The notes under the pieces: model-generated
Databases searched by the model: none
Told to the model about the DNA's origin: nothing
Seen by the model: only the letters and a program-made list of their open reading frames with translations
Program-made: the position numbers and the translations under genes
Assembly: GCA_965207135.1 (NCBI GenBank)
Contig: OZ242272.1
Coordinates: 2,437,336-2,501,335, forward strand
Origin: Chloroflexota bacterium
GTDB taxonomy: Bacteria; Chloroflexota; UBA11872; VXOZ01
Direction of reading: 5' to 3'
Length of the DNA: 64,000 nucleotides
Shown here: one piece after another, positions 30,128 to 40,247 of the stretch
Position numbering within the stretch: the stretch's first letter is position 1
Layout: the number at the start of each line of letters is the position of its first letter

Positions 30128-32010
30128 CCGCCGTCACCTCCGGACCCACCGCTGCCGTCTGTAGCAAGTATCGTACCGACCCTACCAGCGTCTTTACTCT
30201 GCGCCGCTCGTTGCCGCTCCATGTGTTCATCTTGTTCCTGCAATTGGTAGACGTACATGTCGTGGTAGAGACCGTCCTGCAACGCCAGTTCTGCATGCTT
30301 GCCGCGCTGGACGATCCGTCCCTGATCGAGAACCACGATTTCGTTCGCTTCACGCACGCTGGATATCCGCTGCGCAATGATGAAAGTTGTACGGCCGCGC
30401 ATGAGTTCTTTGAGCGCAACCTGTAAGGCCGCTTCGGTGCGCGTGTCCACGGCCGACGTGGACTCGTCGAGCACCAAGACTCGGGGATCGAGCAAGAGCG
30501 CGCGTGCAATGGCGATTCGCTGTTTTTGGCCGCCGGAGAGCGTGACGCCGCGCTCACCGACGTGTGTGTCATACCCGTCCGGAATCTCCATGATGAAATC
30601 GTGGGCCTGTGCAGCCTTGGCAGCCGCAATAATCCCCTCTTCAGTCGCGTCCGGCCGACCATACGAGATGTTTTCTCGAATTGAAGCTGCAAAGAGGAAG
30701 GTCTCCTGCGCTACCAGGCCGATATGCTGCCGTAGGGCGCGAAATGTCAGGTCGCGGATGTCATAGCCGTCCAATGAAATGCGCCCACTAGTCACATCAT
30801 AGAAGCGAGGCAGCAGATTGATAATCGTGCTCTTGCCCGATCCGGTGCTGCCCACAATGCCAACTACCTCGCCCGCCTTTGCCTCAATCGTGATGTCATT
30901 GAGCACGGGTAAGCCACTCGCATCGTACGACACCGACTCAAACTTGACGTTGCCCGCTACGGCGGCTATGTCAATGGCATCCGGCTTCTCTTCGATTTCC
31001 GATTGGGTATCGAGGATTTCGAAGATTCGTTCGCCGGCGGCAACCGCGCGCGCGTACGTGTTGATCGTCATGCCCAGCATGCGGATCGGGCGCTGCAACA
31101 ACATTAGATAGCCGCTAAAGGCAACAAGCGTACCGAGGCTCATGTCGCCGCCGATCACCTGAAGGCCGCCGTACCAGACCACGGCCGTGGTGCCGATGCC
31201 GGCAATGAACTGCAGCAGCGGGTTGCGCATAGCAAACAGCTCCATGGTCCTCGACGTAGCAACTGCCAGCCGGTCGGAGCTGCGCAGAAATTTGGCGTTT
31301 TCCTGTTCTTCTTGGGCAAACGCCCGCACCACGCGCATACCGGATAGGTCTTCTTGCAGGACCGTACTGAGTTGCGCCGTTTCTTGCTGCACCAAACTGA
31401 ACATCGGCCGCAACTGGCGCGCAAAGAGAACGGCAATGACGAAGAGCACCGGCATCGTCGCCAGGGAGAGAAGCGCCAACTGCCAGTTCGTCAGCAGAAG
31501 AACACCAAGCACCGCGACGAATGTAAAAAGCATCAGTGCGCCGTTGATCAGGCCCTGCGAGACGAAGAAACGAATCTGCTCCACGTCGCTCGTCGCCCGC
31601 GACATAAGCTGCCCGGTTTGGGAGCGGTCGTGGTAAGCAAAGGAGAGACGCTGATACTGGTTGAAGATGCGGTTGCGCAGATCGAAGCACACGCGCTGCG
31701 ATAGGTACTCGCCCACAAATACCTGCGAGAAAGTGAAGACGCCCTTAGCTAGCGTAGATGCGAAGATCAGACCGGCAAAGAAGAAGAGCGGCTGTAGCTG
31801 TGCAAGCAAGGGTGTTTCGCCAATGACATCAACAACTTCACCGGCGAAGATGTAGATGTCTTGCGTTTCAAGGGCTTCGTCAACGACTCTGCCGATCAAA
31901 CGCGGAATAACGAGGCTTAGGAGTGCGCTGCCGAGGAGGGCGCCGTAGGCAAGAGAGGCCAGCTTGCGGTAGCGCCACGTGTAGAAGAAGAGTCGCCTCA
32001 GCGTATCCAT
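30124..32010 (-). CDS. ABC exporter, fused permease-ATPase (heterodimer partner)
   Basis: It has LSGGQKQRIAIARALLLDPRVLVLDESTS. Its C-terminus ends ...DGSGGSGGDGG, and it overlaps the downstream partner by 4 nt. Confidence 0.85.
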   Translation of the reverse strand: MDTLRRLFFYTWRYRKLASLAYGALLGSALLSLVIPRLIGRVVDEALETQDIYIFAGEVVDVIGETPLLAQLQPLFFFAGLIFASTLAKGVFTFSQVFVGEYLSQRVCFDLRNRIFNQYQRLSFAYHDRSQTGQLMSRATSDVEQIRFFVSQGLINGALMLFTFVAVLGVLLLTNWQLALLSLATMPVLFVIAVLFARQLRPMFSLVQQETAQLSTVLQEDLSGMRVVRAFAQEEQENAKFLRSSDRLAVATSRTMELFAMRNPLLQFIAGIGTTAVVWYGGLQVIGGDMSLGTLVAFSGYLMLLQRPIRMLGMTINTYARAVAAGERIFEILDTQSEIEEKPDAIDIAAVAGNVKFESVSYDASGLPVLNDITIEAKAGEVVGIVGSTGSGKSTIINLLPRFYDVTSGRISLDGYDIRDLTFRALRQHIGLVAQETFLFAASIRENISYGRPDATEEGIIAAAKAAQAHDFIMEIPDGYDTHVGERGVTLSGGQKQRIAIARALLLDPRVLVLDESTSAVDTRTEAALQVALKELMRGRTTFIIAQRISSVREANEIVVLDQGRIVQRGKHAELALQDGLYHDMYVYQLQEQDEHMERQRAAQSKDAGRVGTILATDGSGGSGGDGG

Positions 32011-32295
32011 CTCGGCTGCCGTGCACCCCCCTTCTCATCATCCGACGATCGCGGCGCGCTGTACTCCTAATATTGGAAATACAAATTAGTTTGAACGCTA
32101 ACCCGCACGTTTACGTTAATGTGGATGCTAGCATGCGCTTACGTGCCAGTCAAACGATCTGCCCTGGATGGCAATGCGGTTTTGTCGCGATTTTGTGTGG
32201 AGTCCAACCTGTGGCGTGATGTGCTGCGCCGCGAGATAGCAGCCTGGGAAAGAGCCGCCAGCACAGGCCCGCTTGCCACCCGGTGTACTCTTTGC

Positions 32296-33111
32296 TCAGT
32301 GCTGGCACCGCGGACAGATATGGGTGCCGCGCTGGGCAACCACGATGCGCTGGATGGGCGTGCCGCACGCGAGGCACGGCTCTCCAGTACGGCCGTAGAC
32401 TGCGAGATGTTCCCGGTGGCGGCCGGGCTTCCCTTCAGCATCGCTGTACACGGCGTCGAAGGTCGTACCGCCATTCGCAATCGCATTGCGCAATATGCTC
32501 CGTATGGCGTCGAGCAAGCCGCTCGTTTCCCCGGATTCAAGAGTATTGGCCTGCCTGCGGGGATGCAGATTACACGCGTGGAGCACTTCGTCCACGTAGA
32601 TATTGCCGAGGCCCGCCAGAAATTGCTGGTTCAGCAGGAGCGACTTTAGCGGCGCGGTGCGCTGTTCCAGAAGTTTCTGCAGCGAGTCCGCAGTAAGTGC
32701 CGGGTCAAACGGCTCGGGGCCGAGCGGGGCAAAGAGTTCGGCAAGACGGGCGTCATCGGTCAACCAGATTCGCCCGAAGCGCCGCACGTCATAGAAACAG
32801 AGCACGTGACCGGACTCAAGATTCCACTGGGCGCGCAGATAGCGGCTGTCCTCAACCGTTTGCACCAGCTTGAGGCGCCCGCTCATACGCAGGTGCACGA
32901 CCAGGTTGAGCGTATCCAGCGCAAAGATCAGGAACTTTGCCCGCCGCTCAACGGAGATAACACGCCGGCCGGGCAGCAGGGCAACTATCTCAGCAGGGCT
33001 TGGGGCAGCCACGGCGTGCGGTTCCAACAGCGGCACCGCCCGTATCACGTCGTCAACTAGGAGCGGCACCAAGCTGCGCCGAATAGTCTCGACTTCGGGC
33101 AGCTCAGGCAT
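32296..33111 (-). CDS. mutM: Formamidopyrimidine-DNA glycosylase
   Basis: The N-terminus is MPELPEVE (catalytic Pro2/Glu3) and the C-terminal zinc finger is CLACGTPIQRIVVAQRGTHICPRCQ. Confidence 0.9.
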   Translation of the reverse strand: MPELPEVETIRRSLVPLLVDDVIRAVPLLEPHAVAAPSPAEIVALLPGRRVISVERRAKFLIFALDTLNLVVHLRMSGRLKLVQTVEDSRYLRAQWNLESGHVLCFYDVRRFGRIWLTDDARLAELFAPLGPEPFDPALTADSLQKLLEQRTAPLKSLLLNQQFLAGLGNIYVDEVLHACNLHPRRQANTLESGETSGLLDAIRSILRNAIANGGTTFDAVYSDAEGKPGRHREHLAVYGRTGEPCLACGTPIQRIVVAQRGTHICPRCQH

Positions 33112-33201
33112 AGTAATTCCTTGAACTCTTCACTTCGAAGTGATCCCAAGAACTCACCCCAGCGGCGGAAATCGGGCATGTGCGGCGTGGCAACATGCTG
33201 C

Positions 33202-33813
33202 CTATTGTTGCTCCCGCAAGTTTTCGCCGGTAAGACGTAGCACTCCCGGCAGGATCTCGACGTCCGTCACCCGTATGCCGTACTCCGTCCTGAAATAGGT
33301 GTCGAGCTTTTCGTTGACTTCAGCGGTGGCCTCCGCTATGTACCATGCCGGCACCGCAATGATGCCAATCCTCCCCTTCACCATCTCAGCCTCTATCCTG
33401 CCGTTGCGCACGACGAGGTGACCGCTCACCTGGATCGTCGTACGGAAAGGACGCTGAAGCCTGCCCCGGATGACAAAGGCGTCTGGCTCGAACGTAAGGA
33501 CGACGTTCGTTACCTCCCCTTCATCGTCGCTGGCCGCGATGGCTGCTACGATCTTTGGGGTCAATTCGCGTTCGGTCAACGTTAGCATGAATTGCCCCGG
33601 CGCTGGGGAGGGACACAGGTTATCGGGCATTGCCAGAGAATCCCCTTGCGGCGGCAGGCAAGACACCCACGTCGTCTGTGCTTGCGGTATGGCGCGAGGC
33701 GCCTGGGGCGTTTCCCGAGGTACCGGTGCACCTAACTCGCCGCCGCACTGCACGAGAAACAGCATGCACGCGAGGACGGCGAACCATCTTGCATGCGACC
33801 ACATCCGCCCCAT
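33202..33813 (-). CDS. Secreted hypothetical protein, paralog 1 of a tandem pair
   Basis: It has a signal peptide. The C-terminal domain pattern VTN.V..FE.DAFV..G....PFR...Q..GH.VV.....E.......G..A.P...........NE..........G.R...VEILPG.....GE.L is shared with the gene at 34110-34871. Confidence 0.5.
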   Translation of the reverse strand: MGRMWSHARWFAVLACMLFLVQCGGELGAPVPRETPQAPRAIPQAQTTWVSCLPPQGDSLAMPDNLCPSPAPGQFMLTLTERELTPKIVAAIAASDDEGEVTNVVLTFEPDAFVIRGRLQRPFRTTIQVSGHLVVRNGRIEAEMVKGRIGIIAVPAWYIAEATAEVNEKLDTYFRTEYGIRVTDVEILPGVLRLTGENLREQQ

Positions 33814-34109
33814 AAACGTACCACCTTAGAACTCGGCATCACGTCGTCATAGTCCCATGGTACAGAACCCACCGGCGTTTGTGCGGGCAACGCAGCGCCG
33901 GAGCCCGCTGTTTTGCCAGCGCTGGTGGGGCGGAAAGCCCCGTGCGACAGCTTCTCGCAAGCCCAGACGGCATGGAGAGTCGGACTGCCTGCCTGCCACT
34001 TGAGACGTCCGGCGAAGAGTTCCGTGTCCCGCGCATTCGGCAGGGGTGAAAGTGCCAACGGCGTACCCAAGGAACCGAGATCAACTTGGCGATTAGGAAC
34101 TGGGCGCGG

Positions 34110-34871
34110 CTACTGTTCGAGGCGCTCGCCGGCAACGATGATCTTGCCGGGCAAAATCTCGACACTGTCTATGCGTAGCCCCTGTGCGGCACCGACGTTG
34201 GCAGCAACAAACTCGTTCGCCTGAATGGCTAGCTGGTCGCGTAACGCTTTCGGCATAGCCAGCGCGCCCAGTTTTGCCTCAGTGAATACAATCTCGACCG
34301 TTTCCTCACTCACTACGAAGTGACCCCTTGCCTGAACTGATGCACGAAATGGGGACGTTATTGTGCCGCTGGCCACGAAGGCATCCTGCTCAAAGACCAC
34401 GACCATATTTGTCACTGGGGGATTATCCAGCGACGCGATTACCTCACCCAATAATGCGGTGAGGTCGCTGTCAGTGATTTCGATGTTAAAGCGACCGGGT
34501 TCATCAGCTTCACGGATGGCATCCTCTGCCCGCTGGATCGCTGCCGCCTCTTCGTCCGCCGCCCCTGCGGTTGAGGTTGCGCCAGGTTCAGGTGTTCCGG
34601 TCTCCCGGACCGCATCGTCCGCGGACTGGCTTGACGCCTGATCACTCGTTCTGGTCTCGGTTTGCGTTGGCGCCGGTGGGTCGCCGCTGCGAAACAAAGC
34701 GCTCAGCCCCGGCACTTCCACGACGCCTATTCCCGCGAGCAATATCACCCCAAGCAGGAGTAGCACAAGGAATAACGTAAAGAACAGTACGGAGAGCGCC
34801 TTATAGAACTGCCACAAACATCCCATAGCTATTTTCCGGTTCCAAGAGTTGCGACCTCCTCCATGGTACAA
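34110..34871 (-). CDS. Membrane-anchored/secreted hypothetical protein, paralog 2 of a tandem pair
   Basis: An N-terminal TM/signal (LSVLFFTLFLVLLLLGVILLAGIGVV) is followed by a Thr/Ser/Ala-rich linker and the same conserved C-terminal domain as 33202-33813. An alternative start lies near 34826. Confidence 0.5.
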   Translation of the reverse strand: MYHGGGRNSWNRKIAMGCLWQFYKALSVLFFTLFLVLLLLGVILLAGIGVVEVPGLSALFRSGDPPAPTQTETRTSDQASSQSADDAVRETGTPEPGATSTAGAADEEAAAIQRAEDAIREADEPGRFNIEITDSDLTALLGEVIASLDNPPVTNMVVVFEQDAFVASGTITSPFRASVQARGHFVVSEETVEIVFTEAKLGALAMPKALRDQLAIQANEFVAANVGAAQGLRIDSVEILPGKIIVAGERLEQ

Positions 34872-35053
34872 TACCGGCGGCTTTGACTAAGGATTTCGCG
34901 CTCTTCGAGTTCTGGCTCACACACAAAGCACCGAGGAATGGCGACGATTCCCTGCCCTCACTAGAGCCATCGTCGTCTTAGTAGATTCGCTTCCTGCCGC
35001 GCCTTTTGCCATGAAATCCCACAAATGTAGAGAGCAACCACCTGGAGACGGGC

Positions 35054-35644
35054 ATGCCTTCCAAGTCAAGTGAAGGACAGCATGCCACCGCAGCCACCGC
35101 GTTGTGCCAAAAGGGCACAGAATTCTTGAAACGACTAGAGCAAGCGCGCGCTCGTAGTCCGCAGGATCCATGCCTCACGTCACCGGAATGGGAGGTGTTT
35201 GCGGTATTCGATCTTCACAGCACGCAGGCGATTTGCCGTCGGCTGGACGAACGTGCGCTGCTTGCCGCCTACGACGGTGCGCCCGGCGCACTCACGGAAA
35301 TGCATAGCGAGCGCGCGGAAGCATTGCCGTCGGACGCGCAGATGCCAAGCCGCCCAATAGAGGATTCCGAGAACCTTCAGAATATGCTTTTGGAATCCAA
35401 GCTTCGCTTTGATCCGGACGCGGACAGGGCTTATCTCCGGTTCATGGTAACCAGGTGGCTAGTCGCGCATTCCGAAGTCGAGAAACAGATTGCAGCACGC
35501 AAGAGTGTCTATTATTCCCTTGTCTACGATACGCGCGCCGGTCGCGTCACGCAGCGTGAGTATGGCACGATTGGGCAGGCACCGGGACAAGCAACGGCAA
35601 CGCTTGAAGTTGCGCGAGAGGTAGTCCCACTCTCCTCCCCATGA
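35054..35644 (+). CDS. Hypothetical protein
   Basis: The 196-aa ORF has coding-like GC3 bias and no family is recognised. Confidence 0.35.
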   Translation: MPSKSSEGQHATAATALCQKGTEFLKRLEQARARSPQDPCLTSPEWEVFAVFDLHSTQAICRRLDERALLAAYDGAPGALTEMHSERAEALPSDAQMPSRPIEDSENLQNMLLESKLRFDPDADRAYLRFMVTRWLVAHSEVEKQIAARKSVYYSLVYDTRAGRVTQREYGTIGQAPGQATATLEVAREVVPLSSP

Positions 35645-35882
35645 GACACCGGGCCGCACTGAGCGCCAAACCTGCACCGCGTACCCAATAACCTGCACAG
35701 CAGGCAGTGGCAGCTAGCCCGGACCCCATGGCTGGGCGGCGCGCTTTCAAGAAGCTCCTTGCGTGAGAGCTGCACTGCTTCAATTGCAAATGTGTGGAGT
35801 ACACTTGGGCAGGAGCAGCGCGAGATCGGAGTGGGATTCCGCAACCCCGTGCCGCGTTGACGTGAATTGCAGGCAGTAGGGA

Positions 35883-36641
35883 ATGTCGTTAATCAACCTG
35901 ACTGACTTTCAAGTCCTTCTGCTCTTCGGGGGCGCAGTGACCTTTTTCGCGGCCACGGTCGCAGGCATTACGGGCTTCGGCTACGGGCTTGTGAGTGTGC
36001 CGTTGCTGGTGCTCGCGCTGCCGCCGAAAGTGGTTATTCCCGCCGTCACCACACACATCTTTCTAATCTCCCTGCTCATACTCTTGGAAGTCATCAAGAA
36101 GGTGGATCTACGGCGCATCTGGCCGCTGATGGTGACCGGCCTGATGGGGCTGCCGCTGGGTGTCTTTGTGCTGCTCGTCCTGAGCGAAGGCGTCCTGAGA
36201 ACCATTCTCGGCGTCGTGATTGTCTTATTCGCGCTCGCGCTGCTGCTGGGGCTAAACCTTTCAATCAGGAATGAGAAGCTCGCGCTGCTGCCGGTGGGTG
36301 TCACGAGCGGGCTGCTCGCATCCGGGATCGCCATGGCTGGGCCGCCGGTGATCCTCTTCTTCTCTAACCAAGGGATGCAAAGGCAGGTCTTTCGGGCGAA
36401 TCTCGCTGCCTATTTCGTCTTTCTCAACATGATTACCGTTCCCGCCCATGCCGCGAGCGGGCTCTTTACCGGTGAGGTCATTCGCTTTGCGCTGCTCTTT
36501 CTGCCTACACTGGTGGCGGGAATGGTCTTTGGCAGCTTTCTTTCCCGCAAGGTGCCCGAGGCGCAGTTTCACCGCGTGGTCTTGGTAGTCGTGCTTTGCT
36601 CGGGCCTGCTCTCGCTGACGTCCGGCCTGGGACTTATCTAG
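35883..36641 (+). CDS. TauE/SafE (DUF81) family sulfite/anion exporter-like membrane protein
   Basis: The 252-aa protein has about 8 TM helices. Its start (...GAVTFFAATVAGITGFGYGLVSVPLLVLAL) is typical of TauE/SafE. Confidence 0.65.
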   Translation: MSLINLTDFQVLLLFGGAVTFFAATVAGITGFGYGLVSVPLLVLALPPKVVIPAVTTHIFLISLLILLEVIKKVDLRRIWPLMVTGLMGLPLGVFVLLVLSEGVLRTILGVVIVLFALALLLGLNLSIRNEKLALLPVGVTSGLLASGIAMAGPPVILFFSNQGMQRQVFRANLAAYFVFLNMITVPAHAASGLFTGEVIRFALLFLPTLVAGMVFGSFLSRKVPEAQFHRVVLVVVLCSGLLSLTSGLGLI

Positions 36642-37180
36642 TCAGAACCGGTCGTGCGGAGCGTCTCCATTACGGCTTCCCACCTTCCAGGATAGCTGGG
36701 ATGACTCATGTGCGGCGCAAAGCCAAGCTTTAGGTAGATGTGGATCGCCGGCAGGCGTACGTCGTCGGTGAGCAGTTGCACGGAGCGAAAGCCGCGCTCG
36801 CGCAAGCGATGCAAGACCGAGAGCGAGAGCCAGTATCCCAAGCCAAAGCCGCGATGTTCCGGGTGGACGCAGACCATGTGCACGGTGCCGCGCTCCGGTG
36901 GATTTTTCTCTTCATGAACCGCGCTGGCAGTTCCGACGACTGTCTCGTCCTTCACGGCAAAGAATAGTCCGCCTGGATCGTATCCTGGCGCGCCAATGAT
37001 TCTCTCGCGGCAAGCCTCGACGGTCCACGAAGAGTTCATCGCCACTCTCACGAGTTCCGTCCAAAGCACCTCGTCGTTGGGCCGATAGGCACGGATGCGA
37101 TAGGGCGCCGGCACCTGCAGCGGGGGGAGATCGTCCAAGTGCGGGCGTACCATGATCAATTGTGGATTCGACGCGCTCAC
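36638..37180 (-). CDS. GNAT family N-acetyltransferase
   Basis: It has an HRGFGLGYWL acetyl-CoA-binding-type motif. It overlaps the TauE stop by 4 nt in a convergent arrangement. Confidence 0.65.
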   Translation of the reverse strand: MSASNPQLIMVRPHLDDLPPLQVPAPYRIRAYRPNDEVLWTELVRVAMNSSWTVEACRERIIGAPGYDPGGLFFAVKDETVVGTASAVHEEKNPPERGTVHMVCVHPEHRGFGLGYWLSLSVLHRLRERGFRSVQLLTDDVRLPAIHIYLKLGFAPHMSHPSYPGRWEAVMETLRTTGSD

Positions 37181-37184
37181 TACA

Positions 37185-38369
37185 TTACTCCTTGATTTGC
37201 GCTGCAGCCGGATCGTTAAAGATGGTGCCGCCCCAGGTATCCACGGTCGGCCTGCTCCAAGGGGTGGGAATGGAGCGGTAGGGGTGTTGCAACAATGCTT
37301 CTTCGTTTAGTTCTATTCCCAATCCAGGCGCATCCGGTATGCGCAACGTGCCGTCCGGTTGGACGCATTCCAGCGAGTCGACGACGATGTCCTGTCGCCA
37401 AGGACAGCCGAACAAGAATGACTCAAGGATGAGCACGTTGGGTATGCAGCCAACCGCCTGCAAGGTAGCCGCCATCGCCACCGGGCCATAGGGATTGTGC
37501 GGGGCCACAGGGATGTCGTACGTCTCCGCCCATGCCGCAATCTTCTTGGCCTCCAGAATGCCGCCGGTGTGGCTGATGTCGGGTTGGATGATGTCCAAGA
37601 GCTGCTGCTCAAGGTATTCGCGAAACCCCCAGCGGGTGAAAAACCGCTCGCCGGCCGCAATTGGCATGCCAATCCGCGCCTGTGCCAGTTTCGCGTAGGC
37701 GGCGGGGTTGTCCGGCCGGAGCGGTTCTTCATAGAAGAACGGTCGGTAAGGACGCAGCGCCTCCGCGGCGGCAATCGCGCTCGTAACGTTGAGACGACCG
37801 TGCACTTCTACGCATAGGTCAGTGTCGTCGCCCACAGCCGCGCGTACTGCCGCGACACTGGCCGCGGCTTCCTCAATCTCCTGGTTGGACGCCGTGATCC
37901 AGGAAGTAAACGGGTCCCATTTCAGGGCCGTGTACCCTTGCGCCACCACCGCTTGGGCGGCTGCCGCAAATTCATCCGGCGTGCTCGCTCCCTCAAACCA
38001 GCCGTTGGCGTAGACGCGTATGCTATCGCGGCACGGTCCCCCAAGCAGCGCGTGCACCGGCAGCCCAACGTCCTTGCCCTTGATGTCCCAACACGCCTGC
38101 TCCAACGCGCTGATGGCGGTGTTGTAGACCGGTCCCGTACCGCCGTACTCGCCTCGGTGCAACAATTGCAGGTTGGCCTCAATGTGCCGTGGGTCCTCGC
38201 CGATCAGCACAGCACCTAGCTCACTGATAGCGGTGGCCGCGGTGTGTTCTTTCCAAGCCAGCGGCGCTTCCCCCCAGCCGTGAAGACCGGCGTCCGTCGT
38301 AACCTTGGCAAAGACCCAGTTCCACCACTGGCCGTCAACAATGAATGTCTGAATGCCCGTGATCTTCAT
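37185..38369 (-). CDS. Enolase-superfamily enzyme, mandelate racemase / D-galactonate- or D-mannonate-dehydratase-like
   Basis: The ATG at 38369 gives MKITGIQTFIVDG...WVFAKVTTDAGLHGWGEA, the canonical MR/ManD N-terminus. The track ORF opens 16 codons earlier. Confidence 0.7.
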   Translation of the reverse strand: MKITGIQTFIVDGQWWNWVFAKVTTDAGLHGWGEAPLAWKEHTAATAISELGAVLIGEDPRHIEANLQLLHRGEYGGTGPVYNTAISALEQACWDIKGKDVGLPVHALLGGPCRDSIRVYANGWFEGASTPDEFAAAAQAVVAQGYTALKWDPFTSWITASNQEIEEAAASVAAVRAAVGDDTDLCVEVHGRLNVTSAIAAAEALRPYRPFFYEEPLRPDNPAAYAKLAQARIGMPIAAGERFFTRWGFREYLEQQLLDIIQPDISHTGGILEAKKIAAWAETYDIPVAPHNPYGPVAMAATLQAVGCIPNVLILESFLFGCPWRQDIVVDSLECVQPDGTLRIPDAPGLGIELNEEALLQHPYRSIPTPWSRPTVDTWGGTIFNDPAAAQIKE

Positions 38370-38373
38370 GCCA

Positions 38374-39132
38374 CTATGGGATATGTGTCTTATGGTACGT
38401 GCGAATGAACTCGGCAAGATTCTTAGTAATTGCGTCCAAGAATGCTTTGCCTTTTTCAGCGGTAGCCAGGGTCGGATCGCCTGCTACACCGGTCGTGCCC
38501 GGATCGAAGACCGGCCAGAAGTAGACTGCCCCGCCCGTGGGCAAACGTGTTGGCGGAATTCCCAGGTCCTTGACCGCGGTGCTCATGTCCACGTGCTCTT
38601 GCCGGAGGTACAGCATCAACGAGGTCTCAATCTCACACGCGTGCCCGACCTTCTTGCGCTCACCCTCAACCAATTCGGCCAGCTCATCCGCTGCCAAGTC
38701 CCAATAGGTCGCCGCGGCTACCTCGATGCCTGCGGCGCCAAGCTTAAGCGTGGTAGCCTTCATCGTCTGATCGTTGCCGCCGTGTCCGTTGAGCAGCAGA
38801 ATGTGGCGAAAGCCATGCTGCCACATGCAGGTGACGATCTCGCTAATCACCTGGGAGAACGTGTCGACGGTGAGGGTGAGCGTACCGGTGAAGTGCATGT
38901 GATGCGGGGAAACTCCAGTCCACACTGAAGGCGCAACGAGCACGGGGACCTCAGGTGAAAGCGCCTGAGCCGCTGCCAGTGCAACGGTTTCCGCCACGAA
39001 GATGTCGGTATCCACCGGCAGGTGGCGACCATGCTGCTCGATTGACCCTACCGGCACGATCACGACGGCATCATGGTCGCGCATTTCCGCGATTTCGTCC
39101 CGCCGCATGTGTTGCCAAACATACTTTTCCAT
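38374..39132 (-). CDS. Creatininase-family amidohydrolase
   Basis: It has VIVPVGSIEQHGRHLPVDTD, the creatininase-family metal-binding segment. Confidence 0.7.
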   Translation of the reverse strand: MEKYVWQHMRRDEIAEMRDHDAVVIVPVGSIEQHGRHLPVDTDIFVAETVALAAAQALSPEVPVLVAPSVWTGVSPHHMHFTGTLTLTVDTFSQVISEIVTCMWQHGFRHILLLNGHGGNDQTMKATTLKLGAAGIEVAAATYWDLAADELAELVEGERKKVGHACEIETSLMLYLRQEHVDMSTAVKDLGIPPTRLPTGGAVYFWPVFDPGTTGVAGDPTLATAEKGKAFLDAITKNLAEFIRTYHKTHIP

Positions 39133-39419
39133 GCTTTTCTCCTAATCTATACCGAGGCCTTTGACGGCTCTGGTTCGCGGCAATCTCATTGGCTCGTACC
39201 ACTTTGGCAAAACGCCAATTCCTAAGATACTCGGGTGACTTTCATAATCGTGACTGTTCCTAAAGCCCTTAGAGGGCGAAGCACCTGTCCCTGTGTCCCA
39301 AACCTGAGCCAAGTTGGGCCCAGGGGAGGATTGTGCAACAACAGGACTCCCATGAATCCTTTTGCAAGGTGTGCAAGCCAGGCCCCCGGCAACGCCTAAC
39401 GCACTTATGTAAATTAGAA

Positions 39420-40247
39420 CTAAAGGTCGGCCTGTCCCGGCGCGGAATACGCCTGAATGAGACGAGCGCCACTGAGCGCGTTCAGCACCGTTTCTCCACG
39501 ATACTCGACCGTTCTTGAATCAATTTTAGTGCAGGCACTGCCGTCAAAGTACATGCGGTCGATGAGATCCGTGCTGTTGTAGCGAATTCGCACCCTTACC
39601 GGTGCAGTCACCGTGTAGGGCGTGAATTCGCGCACTCTTGCCACCGCGCGGTGGGCTTTCGCCTGCAGCAGTTCGCGCGCGCGCTGCGGCGAGAGCATCC
39701 GGGCCGCATGGCGTCCCAACGCCCGCTTTACTTGCGCTGTTTCGATATCGCCCAAGAGACTGCGGGCCTCGGCGCACGCCTTGTCGTCGCCTGTTACCAG
39801 ACCTACCGGCACCCCGTGCGCGCCGGCAACTGCCGCATCGATCATGATCTCTCCCGCCGGCTCACCATTGATGGTAATGTCTTGATACGTAGCAGAACTC
39901 ATTGTGTGGTCCCGCACCGCATTCGCAGTGCCCGACATCGCGTGGTAGCCCACCAGCATCATGACATCCGCGTCAGCCAAGAAAGGGAAGCGCTGTTGGT
40001 GGGCCCCGCCCATGATGTATTCCGCGGCCGGATGCAATTCTTCGTAAATGAAGTTGAAACCGGAGGCATGTGCGTCTACAACGAGCACTTCAGCAGCACC
40101 CGCAGCCAGGGCGCCTTCAATCACGGCATTGGTATCCTTGACCAGTTGTCGGCGCGCCTCTTGATAGAACAGCCTTCCGTGCAGAAGCTGCTCCGAGATG
40201 ACGACACCACTGATCCCTTCCATATCAACGGCAATGTACACTTTCAT
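39420..40247 (-). CDS. M55 family D-aminopeptidase (DppA-like)
   Basis: It begins MKVYIAVDMEGISGVV, typical of DppA (MKIYISADIEG..GV). Confidence 0.7.
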   Translation of the reverse strand: MKVYIAVDMEGISGVVISEQLLHGRLFYQEARRQLVKDTNAVIEGALAAGAAEVLVVDAHASGFNFIYEELHPAAEYIMGGAHQQRFPFLADADVMMLVGYHAMSGTANAVRDHTMSSATYQDITINGEPAGEIMIDAAVAGAHGVPVGLVTGDDKACAEARSLLGDIETAQVKRALGRHAARMLSPQRARELLQAKAHRAVARVREFTPYTVTAPVRVRIRYNSTDLIDRMYFDGSACTKIDSRTVEYRGETVLNALSGARLIQAYSAPGQADL

